This document shows positions 14,907-23,501 of a stretch of DNA of 40,923 nt, one piece after another. Below the pieces are notes generated by a model. The model was not told the DNA's origin. It saw only the letters and a program-made list of their open reading frames with translations, and did not search any database. Location of the stretch: IMG/VR virus record IMGVR_UViG_3300037483_000436, positions 1 through 40,923 of that record; one strand, written 5' to 3'. Each line of letters opens with the position of its first letter. The stretch's first letter is position 1. The translations under genes were made by a program, and so were the position numbers. Origin of the DNA: a virus (taxonomy: Duplodnaviria; Caudoviricetes).

Positions 14907-15223
14907 GGTTTCGGTTCCTCTATGGTTGAGACTACGTAGGTTGCTGCTGGTGCTGCTGGTTTTGCCCCATTTGGAGCGGCTTTCTCGGCAATCCTCGACA
15001 TCGATTCCTGCTGTTTTTTTCCGCTGTCCGACGCTCCAAGCCAGTAGCCTACAGCAAGAAGCGTGAGATTGATGATGGTTTGTAGAATCATCGACCGCTC
15101 AGAGGGATCGTTCTGGTACAGGACCGTCGCCACCACTCCGGTGAACACGCACAGTAACGTGTACGTTACAACCTTCTGCGTGGCGAACTTGGCCTCGTCA
15201 GCGGCGAAGCGTCGATCTTCCAC
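14903..15223 (-). CDS. Putative holin (2 TM)
   Basis: Two hydrophobic helices followed by GYWLGASDSG.KQQE and a charged tail. Confidence 0.55.
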   Translation of the reverse strand: MEDRRFAADEAKFATQKVVTYTLLCVFTGVVATVLYQNDPSERSMILQTIINLTLLAVGYWLGASDSGKKQQESMSRIAEKAAPNGAKPAAPAATYVVSTIEEPKP

Positions 15224-15229
15224 GGCAGG

Positions 15230-15373
15230 CTACCTCCCGAGCGGCGCAACCCGCAGCAGTTCCACCACGCACAGCAGTAGCACCGATACCCATACAGGGC
15301 ACTTGCCGATTGCCGCGACGATCACGCAGATGAAAGCGGCGATTACCAGAACTCCGATTACGGTTGTAAGCAT
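15230..15373 (-). CDS. 47-aa two-TM membrane peptide (holin/antiholin candidate; not in the ORF track)
   Basis: Manual translation MLTTVIGVLVIAAFICVIVAAIGKCPVWVSVLLLCVVELLRVAPLGR*. Confidence 0.6.
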   Translation of the reverse strand: MLTTVIGVLVIAAFICVIVAAIGKCPVWVSVLLLCVVELLRVAPLGR

Positions 15374-15376
15374 GAT

Positions 15377-15568
15377 TCACCCCTTCACTTCGATGATTGT
15401 TGAACTGTCCGTGTGGCTAACCAGAAAGATAGCCGCACGGCAGGACGATTGCCGCTTGTACGACTCGCCGTGCGCAATGATTTCGCCGTTCCCGGCGCGC
15501 AACCTCCAGCGCCATTGTCCGGCCAGTTTACCGCGAGTGACTCGGTACAGTTCAAAGTGCATGATCAT
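15377..15568 (-). CDS. YegP/DUF1508-family protein
   Basis: FELY..GQWRWRLRAGNGEIIA.GESY...SC..AI. Confidence 0.8.
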   Translation of the reverse strand: MIMHFELYRVTRGKLAGQWRWRLRAGNGEIIAHGESYKRQSSCRAAIFLVSHTDSSTIIEVKG

Positions 15569-15601
15569 CTCCTATCCCGGCCCGAAGGCCGGGAAGGTTC
15601 G

Positions 15602-15877
15602 TTACGCCGGTGTGAAGATGTTCTGCACCGCAGCCTTCACTTCGTCCCAGTCAGCCGACGATGCCGTTCCAGCCGCGACCTGAGCTTCCAGGTCAGCGAT
15701 CTTCGTTGCCAGCTCGTTGAGCCGAGCAGCCACTTCCGCAGCTTCCGCCGCAGCGGCGTCCAACACGTCTTGCTTCGTTGCCATGATTTTTAACCTTTCT
15801 CTGATGTGCGCCAGCGCGATCGCGAGTCCGTGTATCTCGTCCAGGCCGGCCAGGTAGACGTGCACGTTGATTTGCAT
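15602..15877 (-). CDS. Small coiled-coil protein
   Basis: GAGG RBS; heptad pattern; possible internal start at 15785. Confidence 0.55.
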   Translation of the reverse strand: MQINVHVYLAGLDEIHGLAIALAHIRERLKIMATKQDVLDAAAAEAAEVAARLNELATKIADLEAQVAAGTASSADWDEVKAAVQNIFTPA

Positions 15878-15890
15878 TGCCTCACCTATT

Positions 15891-16382
15891 TCATCGGATG
15901 AATTTGTCGAACAGCATCGCCCCGGCGACGGCCGCCCCGAGTATCCATCCCCACATATCGCGCATGCCGAGGCCCTTGCCTCCGCTGGTCGCCATACTCT
16001 CGCGCAGCTCGGCAATTTTTTCCTCCACTGCGTGCATCCGGGTATCTACCTCGGCGTGCGCGCCAGCGAATCGAGATTCCGTTTCGCTCCTCGGCATCGT
16101 CCCCTTGCTCTGCTCGTCCATTTTTCGGGCCAGGTCGTTGTGCGCTGTGTTGTAGGCCCTCTGCGCGTCCTCGGCTTTCACGATCGCTTTCTCGGAGCTG
16201 ACGAACGCAGATTGCGTGTTTTCCTTTTGCGCAGCAAGGGCGGCATCGACAGCGGTTTTCGATGCCGAGAACATGCCATCATAACGACGGTCCCGCTCGT
16301 CCATCAGCCCACGAAACGATTGGAACTCCGCTTGCAATGCGTGCAGCTCGTTCGACAGTTTCGGTTCGCAGGGTACAGTCAT
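15891..16382 (-). CDS. Coiled-coil protein with a C-terminal TM helix (first gene of the lysis block)
   Basis: ERDRRY..AVDAAL.AQKE..AI.KAE coiled coil; C-terminal WGWILGAAVAGAML. Confidence 0.65.
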   Translation of the reverse strand: MTVPCEPKLSNELHALQAEFQSFRGLMDERDRRYDGMFSASKTAVDAALAAQKENTQSAFVSSEKAIVKAEDAQRAYNTAHNDLARKMDEQSKGTMPRSETESRFAGAHAEVDTRMHAVEEKIAELRESMATSGGKGLGMRDMWGWILGAAVAGAMLFDKFIR

Positions 16383-16383
16383 G

Positions 16384-17634
16384 TCAGTCCGTGAAGTAGT
16401 CGGCAACGAGATAAATATCGCTCCCGGCCTTGATATCCGCCGCCATCGCCCCGGCGGCGCCGGCCGCGAAATGCTGGAACCGAATCGTGTTGCTCGCGTA
16501 TCCAACCCGGGCTTGGATCTGCGTCGCCGCGGTTGCCTCCATCACGAGGGTTGCCACACCAGCGGCAGCGCTACCCGTTGCTGCGTCTGCGGATGCAGCG
16601 AATAGCAATCCATTGAGTGTGAGTACACCAGTTGGCGACGACACGCTATCAACCAACAATCGCCCCTGCACGTGCACGCGACGGCCGTTACGCGACACGG
16701 CGAGTGTGTCGTAGGCCGCATCCAGTGTAATGGTTCCCGTGGTGCACGTCAGCGTTACCGCGCAGGTTGCATATTCGGCCGGGTCGAACGGCGCCATCTC
16801 CGCGCTGGTGGGCACCGCGGCCCAGGTGCCGGCCGTGGTCTGCGGCGCGAACGCGCGGCCGATGCACAGAAACGGCACATCGGTCCGCGCAGTGGTCGAG
16901 TACATCGTCGTCGGAGCGTCCGCCGCGCCGGCGCCGCCCTCCGCTGTCGTCGTCACGATCCCCTGCCAGCCGCGAAACGAGCTGCACACCGCGAGCTCGA
17001 GCGTACCGGCATTGTCGATCAGGTACGCATAGATCCCGCTCGGGTCGGCGTCGATTTTGCCGAGCGTCGAACCGGAGGACACCACCAGCGAGAGCGCGCC
17101 GGCGACGCTGCGCCAGGCGCCGTCCGCGCTGCCGGCGGTGGCCGAGCGCATGCGCACGAGCAGCGGGTTCGCCGCGTCTGCGTCCACCGATCCGGTGCGC
17201 TGGAGCGCGATGGTGAGCGCGCTGGAACCCACCGACCAGGCGAGCATCATGTCGTTCGCCGGCATCAGCCCGAAAACGCCGTAGGGTCCGGCGCGGTGAT
17301 CCTCGATCGCGGTGATTGCGCCGGCCGACGTCGTCACTTTGTAGTCGCGCGCGTAATTCGCGCGGTCGTTCCAGTTCGTCGTGCCGGTGCTGAAACTCAC
17401 CGCACCGCTCGAGCGCAGCACCACGATGTAGCAGGTGCTCGACCCGGTGAGCGACAGCTCGCCATCGGCGACCGTCGCCCCGCCCCACAGGCCGCCGTAG
17501 TAGCCCCAGGTGAGCCCGGTGGTAGTCTCGCGATTGACGCCAGCGTAGCCCGCGCAGGAGAGCGCCTCGAGCAGTTCGTTGACCTGCGTGGCCTTGTCGG
17601 CCTGCGACTCGGAGAGTTGTGTAAGTGTGGTCAC
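16384..17634 (-). CDS. Tail fibre / receptor-binding protein
   Basis: After the tail-tip gene; N-terminal Q..K...VNEL..TTGLTWGYYGG anchor; beta-rich T/G/A body. Confidence 0.7.
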   Translation of the reverse strand: MTTLTQLSESQADKATQVNELLEALSCAGYAGVNRETTTGLTWGYYGGLWGGATVADGELSLTGSSTCYIVVLRSSGAVSFSTGTTNWNDRANYARDYKVTTSAGAITAIEDHRAGPYGVFGLMPANDMMLAWSVGSSALTIALQRTGSVDADAANPLLVRMRSATAGSADGAWRSVAGALSLVVSSGSTLGKIDADPSGIYAYLIDNAGTLELAVCSSFRGWQGIVTTTAEGGAGAADAPTTMYSTTARTDVPFLCIGRAFAPQTTAGTWAAVPTSAEMAPFDPAEYATCAVTLTCTTGTITLDAAYDTLAVSRNGRRVHVQGRLLVDSVSSPTGVLTLNGLLFAASADAATGSAAAGVATLVMEATAATQIQARVGYASNTIRFQHFAAGAAGAMAADIKAGSDIYLVADYFTD

Positions 17635-17960
17635 GTGCCGACCTTTTTATTGGTGCCATCCCACACAAATTCGCCGGCCTCTCCAACCGGAAAGTGGGCC
17701 TCGCATATCGCGCAAAATGTTCCACCATAAAATTTCGGATCTCGCGCGTACGTCTCGGCCAGAGCACGCCCCATCGTAGTGATCCCGCCGCACCTGAGGT
17801 GCTTGTACGTACTCCGCACCGGACGCACCCACCCTTTGGCGCGCTCCTCGTCGGATAGGACCACATAGGCCCTCTGCATGCCCATTGCAGGATCGATCTG
17901 TTTGTGATCCGGCGTAACCGGTGACCCGTCAGTCAATGTCGTTTTCGGTTTTTGGTCCAT
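17631..17960 (-). CDS. Conserved hypothetical protein with H-x2-C..CxxC (putative Zn-binding)
   Basis: YVVLSDEERAKG.VRPVR..Y.H..CG..T.M...AETYARDP.FYG.TFC..C..HFPV. Confidence 0.7.
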   Translation of the reverse strand: MDQKPKTTLTDGSPVTPDHKQIDPAMGMQRAYVVLSDEERAKGWVRPVRSTYKHLRCGGITTMGRALAETYARDPKFYGGTFCAICEAHFPVGEAGEFVWDGTNKKVGT

Positions 17961-17969
17961 TGTGTTTCC

Positions 17970-20900
17970 TCAAATCGTGGCCGATGCCGCGATGCCGCGG
18001 CCGATGGTCGCGGAGATCTGATAGACGCGGATATCGATCGAGGCCTGCGCCGAGCCGAAGTCCGTCGTCTGCTGCGCGGCGGTATAGCTCGCCGTGTTGG
18101 TGCTCGCCGTCAGGGTGCGCTGGACCGTCGAGCCGTCCATCACGTCGATCTCGTAGCTCTCGGCCGCCTCGCCGAGTGGCGCGTTGACGTAGCTGCGCCA
18201 GCTCGCATCCAGGCGCGTGCGCCGGCGCCAGAGGATGGTGAGATTCTGCGACGCATCGCGGCCACCGCCCAGGTGCACCGGCGAGAGCGGCGTGAGTCCG
18301 CGGCCGGTGTTCGTGAAACTCTCGCTCGCCGTCTGCGCCAGCGTGCGCCCGAGCGTCACCGGTTTGTAGAGCCGCTCGACGTCGATGTCGGCGAGCACGT
18401 CGAGCACCCGCCGCCCGGTCGAGGTCGAGAGCAGCACGAAGCGATCGCCCACCGCGTGCGCCGCAGCCTCGGCCTCGGTGCCGCGCCGCGCGCGCAGCAG
18501 GTTGGAGAGCCGGTACTGATCGGTGGCGATCAGCGTCGCGGTGAGGAACTGCAGCACCTCGCCGCCGCTCGCCGTGCCGTTGCCGATCACGCAGGTGTTC
18601 GCGCCGTTCCACAGCTGCGCGCGCGTGCACGAGGCGAGCGACGCGCTGCCCGGCACCAGCGTCACGTCCACGGTGTTCGCCAGGTCGATCACCCCGGGCC
18701 GCGCGCAATCAGCGAGCGCCGTGGTGCAGTCGCCGATCACCGCCGCGCCGCTGGCGAAGCCGTTCTCCACCGCCTGCCAGCTCGCCCCGGCGTCGCGCGA
18801 TTTGAACAACTGCATCCCGCGCCAGCCGCTGAGATAGCCCGCGGCCGCGAAATAAAATCCCGCATTGTCGTCAACATCGCGCAGGATCGGAATGTCGAGC
18901 AGCTCGACGCGCGTCGGCCCGGAGAGTGCAACCGTCTGCGGCGGCGCCGGCGCCGAGGCTCCGGGCGCGCCCTGCGTCAGCGTGCTCGAGTCATCGAGTA
19001 CACAGTCCACCTTGACGAGGCCCGGGGCGCCTTCGTCTTTTTTAACGATCATCACGCGCAGCGCGTCGTCCCCGGCCGGGACCGTGATGATGTCGGTCGG
19101 CTCCAGGCGCGTGTGTTTGCGCGAGAGCCGCAGTGCGAATGCATCGCGCGCGGTCCACAGCCCGTAGAGGATCGACTCGACGAGCTGCTTGGCGTAATCG
19201 TCGCTCATCACGATCGGGAGCGAGAGGGTCTTGCGCCCGTCCGACGACACCACGCGCCGCTGCGCGCGCTGCTGACCCTGGTCGTAGTCAGCATCCTGCG
19301 AAAAATACAGCAGGCTCACCTCGGCCGGCAGCTCCAGCTCCTGCGCGCGCAGGTGGCCGATCGGGTCCGGCGGGTCCTCACCCTCCTCGTGCGCGGCCAG
19401 ATCGCCCGCGGCGATGGTCGCGGCCGAGGCGCCGCCGCGCGTTACGAATTTGATTTTGTTCTCGCTCTCGGTCGCATCGAATAGAAAGGCAAGCGCGAGC
19501 TGCTCCAGCGCAGCGCGCGCCGGCCCGCGTTGCGCGATCACATAGCCCTGCACACTCGCGGTCAGGCTGGTGGTGACCAGGTCGCCGGCGGCAAGGCCGG
19601 TGCGCTCGCATAAATCCGTCACCACATCGGCGAGCGCCGCCGGCGTGGCGCTCATCTGCAGCGCGTACCAGGTGAGCGTATAAATCACCACGTCGGCGCC
19701 GCTGCCCTCGCCTTTGCCGTGGAAGATCGCCTGGCCGGCGTCGTCGAACGCGGCCATCATCTCAACGTTACGCTCGGTGGTCGGCCCGATGCCGGTACCG
19801 ATCGTCGTCAGCGTGCCATCCACGAACCGCGAGACTTTGCGCGCGACGCTCAGCTCGGCGAACACGATTTCGTTCGCGTCCTCGTCGAGCACCCGGAACC
19901 CGTCGCAGTAGGTGGAGATCGCGTTCGCGCCGAGCGTCCACGAATCCGATGCAACCGCCGCCCCGTGCGCGTATTTGTCGATGTAGGTCGCCGTAGCGTT
20001 GCGCCGCACCGACCACCAGTAATTCGCGCTCGCCCCGATCAGGTGCCAGGTCGCCGCCGCCACGTTGAACAGCAGCGTGTCCACCGGCGGGCCGACCGGC
20101 GAGCTCAGATCGAGATGGTGATAATCGCTGGTGGTGTCGTCACGATGCACCACGTAGTACGCATCCGTGCCGCGCTTCGCGAATCCCGCGATCGGCCAGG
20201 TTGCCCCCGTCGGGTCCGCGAGACGGTGCTGCACATGCTCGTCGAAATCCACATACGTTAGCGTGATCGGAATGCCGCCGCCGTCGCGTTTGGTGAACAC
20301 CGTCGCCAGCGTATCGCTGTCGATGTTCGGGCAAAAATACAGTCGCCCATCCGACGCCGCCAGTTCGGTGAAATCAGGCTGCCAGTCGAGCACCTCGCGC
20401 CCGACAAACACGCCGGCGACGTGACGATCGACGAAAAACGAAAACACTCCAGCGCCGGCGTAGGTGCAATTGAGCAGGCGCACCTCGCCGTCGACGAGGT
20501 GGCCGTTGTGCAGGCAGTACAACACGTGGTTCAGCGTGGTGTTATGGTTGTAGCTCATCAGCGCCTGCGAGCTGTCCGCCGCCACCTGCTCATTGAGCCA
20601 CATCGGGCTGTAGCCGGTCGCCTCGGTCGATGCGACCGCGAACGCCTCCGCGCCGGAGGTCACGACCTCGAATTCGAAATTCGGAATCCGGTTGCCGAAC
20701 TCGGCCAACTGGAAATCGTCGAACACCACGTACACCAGGCCGCGATACGCGGGCACATTGCCCGCGCCCTCGATCGCCTCCATCAGCGTGTCGGGCAACT
20801 GCGTTTCGGTGCCGAGGTAAAAGCGGATGCCGGCGGCGCTCGCGTTCGCGGCGATCACCGTCTGGATGTCAGCGGCCTCGCCGACGTTGTAGACCAATGT

Positions 20901-21350
20901 GCCGTTGGCCCAGATGCGCCGGAACCCGAGGATGCCCGCTCCGCTCCCCTCGCACACGCCGATCGCGCAGTCGATGTGGTAGGTATAGGTGGTGATCGTC
21001 TGCGACGACCCGCCGCCGCCGCCCTTGCCGCCGGTCTCGACCTCCTCGCTGGTCGCCACCTCAACGATGTCTGACGACCAGATCATGTTGCCGGCGAGGC
21101 GCGCGGTGCCGTAGACGATCGGGATCATCCCGCCGTACGCCGAGCCCTGCACTTTTAGATCCGTCAGCCGCGGGCCCTGCGCGCCGGGGAGCTGCACCGT
21201 TTCGCGGAACAGCATCGAGCCGATGAGGCTGCCGGCCATCCAGCCCCAGGTCGCCGCGCCCACGCCGAGGAACGTCGCTGCAATCGCGCCGCTCGAGGCG
21301 AGCGACCCGGCCACCGCGGCGCCGGCTACGGAGAATGCCAGCACCGCCAT
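17970..21350 (-). CDS. Tail tip / host-specificity protein (lambda J / GTA megatron-like)
   Basis: GPRL.DL..SAYG..IP.VYG, PAYRGL.YVVF, FGNRIPN, RAQE.ELP, ELLDIP.L, L.NLLR.RRGTE. Confidence 0.9.
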   Translation of the reverse strand: MAVLAFSVAGAAVAGSLASSGAIAATFLGVGAATWGWMAGSLIGSMLFRETVQLPGAQGPRLTDLKVQGSAYGGMIPIVYGTARLAGNMIWSSDIVEVATSEEVETGGKGGGGGSSQTITTYTYHIDCAIGVCEGSGAGILGFRRIWANGTLVYNVGEAADIQTVIAANASAAGIRFYLGTETQLPDTLMEAIEGAGNVPAYRGLVYVVFDDFQLAEFGNRIPNFEFEVVTSGAEAFAVASTEATGYSPMWLNEQVAADSSQALMSYNHNTTLNHVLYCLHNGHLVDGEVRLLNCTYAGAGVFSFFVDRHVAGVFVGREVLDWQPDFTELAASDGRLYFCPNIDSDTLATVFTKRDGGGIPITLTYVDFDEHVQHRLADPTGATWPIAGFAKRGTDAYYVVHRDDTTSDYHHLDLSSPVGPPVDTLLFNVAAATWHLIGASANYWWSVRRNATATYIDKYAHGAAVASDSWTLGANAISTYCDGFRVLDEDANEIVFAELSVARKVSRFVDGTLTTIGTGIGPTTERNVEMMAAFDDAGQAIFHGKGEGSGADVVIYTLTWYALQMSATPAALADVVTDLCERTGLAAGDLVTTSLTASVQGYVIAQRGPARAALEQLALAFLFDATESENKIKFVTRGGASAATIAAGDLAAHEEGEDPPDPIGHLRAQELELPAEVSLLYFSQDADYDQGQQRAQRRVVSSDGRKTLSLPIVMSDDYAKQLVESILYGLWTARDAFALRLSRKHTRLEPTDIITVPAGDDALRVMIVKKDEGAPGLVKVDCVLDDSSTLTQGAPGASAPAPPQTVALSGPTRVELLDIPILRDVDDNAGFYFAAAGYLSGWRGMQLFKSRDAGASWQAVENGFASGAAVIGDCTTALADCARPGVIDLANTVDVTLVPGSASLASCTRAQLWNGANTCVIGNGTASGGEVLQFLTATLIATDQYRLSNLLRARRGTEAEAAAHAVGDRFVLLSTSTGRRVLDVLADIDVERLYKPVTLGRTLAQTASESFTNTGRGLTPLSPVHLGGGRDASQNLTILWRRRTRLDASWRSYVNAPLGEAAESYEIDVMDGSTVQRTLTASTNTASYTAAQQTTDFGSAQASIDIRVYQISATIGRGIAASATI

Positions 21351-21778
21351 CAGAGTACCCCGGGAAAACGGTACGCGCCGGTGATCCGCTCGCGCCAAAA
21401 GCGATCGAGGCGCGACTGCACCACAGAGCCGACCTTCGAGAACGCGTGCACGAAAACGATGTCCGGGTTGAGCGCCGTGACAATTCCGAAATGCTGCGAG
21501 GCGCGCTCGATGCGGAATTTGAGCACGTCCGCCGGCTGCAGTTGATCGAGCGCGATGCGCTCGAGTACCCGATCCGCCTCCACGTCCGCGAGCCCAGCGT
21601 GCGGCTGCCGGCCGTAGCCGTCAACGTCGTAGATCGAGAGATTGAGCGCGTGCATCACGCCGATGCCAAGCCCCGCGCAATCCACGCCCGCTCCCTTCAC
21701 CCGCCCCTGGTGCACGAACGGCGTGCCGATCCAGGTCAGCGTCTCGTCGACGATCTGCTGGCGCAATATTGTGGTCAT
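21350..21778 (-). CDS. NlpC/P60 tail-associated peptidase
   Basis: WIGTPF.HQGR.KG.GVDC.GL..QH.GI..HA. Confidence 0.9.
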   Translation of the reverse strand: MTTILRQQIVDETLTWIGTPFVHQGRVKGAGVDCAGLGIGVMHALNLSIYDVDGYGRQPHAGLADVEADRVLERIALDQLQPADVLKFRIERASQHFGIVTALNPDIVFVHAFSKVGSVVQSRLDRFWRERITGAYRFPGVL

Positions 21779-21779
21779 C

Positions 21780-22622
21780 TCACAGCCCGCCGCTCACCAG
21801 CCGATCCAGCCCAGGCACGTGCGGGAATCCGCGGAAATTGATTTTGTTCGAGAACTTCGTTCCGCAGGTCGGAAACAATTTATCGCATCCGGCGGAGAGG
21901 GAATACGTGTCCCCGATCGCCACATCAAACGGCATCGGCAGCACAAGTGCGATTGCCCCGCCGGCGAGCAGGTAGGTTTTAACCTCCATCGAAAGGCCGT
22001 CGTTCTCGCCTCCGGTCCAGGTGATTTTTCCCTGATCGAAATAGCCGTCCGCATCGGTGAGCGCGCTGTCGGCGAACACGCGCCGCGAAGTGACGCCGGT
22101 CACGGTGCCGGTCACGGTGTAGCTCGCGAGCGTCACCCCGCAGCGCGCGTCGCCCAGCTCCGCGTCGCACGCCGCCCCGTACAGCCGCCCGATGGTCTGC
22201 TGCAACCGCTGCGTCAACCCGCGCAGCTCGGCGACGAATCCGGAGCGACCGCTGCGTACCTCGCCGATCCAGCCCTTGCGCTGATTCAGCACGCCGTCGG
22301 CGAGCGTCGCCCAGTTCACATCGAAAATTTCCACCGCCGCGAAATCCCACAGCCCCGCGCGCAGGTCCGCTGCGGTGATGGTGGCCGCGTCGAGCACGCC
22401 CATCACGTCCAGGTTGTCGACCGCGAAATCCGCCGCGGTGCGAATCGCCGTCGCGGAAAAACCAGTCTCCGCAAGATAGGTCACGCCCGAGATCGAGAGC
22501 GACTGATCGTGATTCGTGAACCCGTACACCTGGCCGTCTGTGCGCGTGATTTTCCAGCAGGTCGCCAGCGTGGTCAGCTCGCCGGCGATGTGCGTGATGA
22601 ATCCTGCGGAGGGATTTTTCAT
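21780..22622 (-). CDS. Baseplate hub protein (DUF2163/BR0599, GTA-like)
   Basis: TTLATCW.I.R.DG..GFT.HD, C.AELGD.RC, GCDK...TC..KF.N..NFRGFPHVPG. Confidence 0.9.
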   Translation of the reverse strand: MKNPSAGFITHIAGELTTLATCWKITRTDGQVYGFTNHDQSLSISGVTYLAETGFSATAIRTAADFAVDNLDVMGVLDAATITAADLRAGLWDFAAVEIFDVNWATLADGVLNQRKGWIGEVRSGRSGFVAELRGLTQRLQQTIGRLYGAACDAELGDARCGVTLASYTVTGTVTGVTSRRVFADSALTDADGYFDQGKITWTGGENDGLSMEVKTYLLAGGAIALVLPMPFDVAIGDTYSLSAGCDKLFPTCGTKFSNKINFRGFPHVPGLDRLVSGGL

Positions 22623-22631
22623 CGCGCCCGC

Positions 22632-23489
22632 CTACACCCGCTTCTCCACCAGCGGGATCTCGCCCCAGGAGTAGACCCCGTAATCATCCACCTGCGCGCG
22701 CATCTGGTCGGTATCGAAACGCGCCGGCACGTCGAACGTCCCCGCCCAGGTGAGCGCGTCGGCCGCCTGCGGATATTTCGCCGCGGTGCCCCCGGAGGTG
22801 TAGGTGGTGTAGCCGGTGGTGTCCACGCCGATCGAGAACTCGTCGGCGCCCACCTCGGTGATCGTCACCACCGTCCCGTTCAATTCGGTCATGCCGCCGA
22901 TCGAGGCGAGATAGATCAGATCCCCGGTGCTGTAGCCGTGCGCGGTCGAGGTCTGGATCACGCCCGGGCTCGCCTTGCTGATCGCGAGGATTGATTTTGA
23001 TGCGTCCGGGACGAACGTCACAATGCCGGTGGTGTAGTCGATCGCAATCTCGCCGGCGCCGGCGCCGATCACGACCGGCGTGGCACCGCGATACACGGTG
23101 ACCCCGCCGGATTCCGGCAGCGAGATCAGACGATCCTCGCTCCCCGCAGCATGGCTGTAGCGTTTGTACAACTGATACGTCGGGCCGCCGGTGCCCACCG
23201 CGCCGGTGCCGAGGCGGCCGGTCGAGGTGCTCACCTCGAAGTCGGCCCAATCGCGGAATCGAAACCAGTTCGCGCGACCCTTCGCGATGCGGAAATGCGC
23301 GATCAACTCATCGAGCGCCGCCTGTGATTTCACGCCGTGCGCCACATTCCACCGGCCGCGCGCCACAGACCAATTTTGGTTGACCTGCTCGTGCCCGGAC
23401 CCCAGGACCACCACGTCGGTGGAATAGCACGCCCCGCCCTGCGCGCCGCGCGCCACCTGGCGCGGAAACTGGATATCGAGAAAAGCCAT
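22632..23489 (-). CDS. Distal tail protein (DUF2460/TIGR02217) with an inserted FCCH-like beta domain
   Basis: FP..GG..STDVV..SG.EQ.N.NW, FRFRDW.DF, FDVPARFDTD; insert ISKASPGV..AHG..TGD.I....GGMTELN..FSI..DTT.YT.YTSGG. Confidence 0.88.
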   Translation of the reverse strand: MAFLDIQFPRQVARGAQGGACYSTDVVVLGSGHEQVNQNWSVARGRWNVAHGVKSQAALDELIAHFRIAKGRANWFRFRDWADFEVSTSTGRLGTGAVGTGGPTYQLYKRYSHAAGSEDRLISLPESGGVTVYRGATPVVIGAGAGEIAIDYTTGIVTFVPDASKSILAISKASPGVIQTSTAHGYSTGDLIYLASIGGMTELNGTVVTITEVGADEFSIGVDTTGYTTYTSGGTAAKYPQAADALTWAGTFDVPARFDTDQMRAQVDDYGVYSWGEIPLVEKRV

Positions 23490-23501
23490 CGCGACCGGGC
23501 G

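Noticed and set aside
16384-21350. Diversity-generating retroelement acting on tail genes
   Set aside because: No reverse transcriptase ORF, and I saw no TR/VR pair differing at adenines
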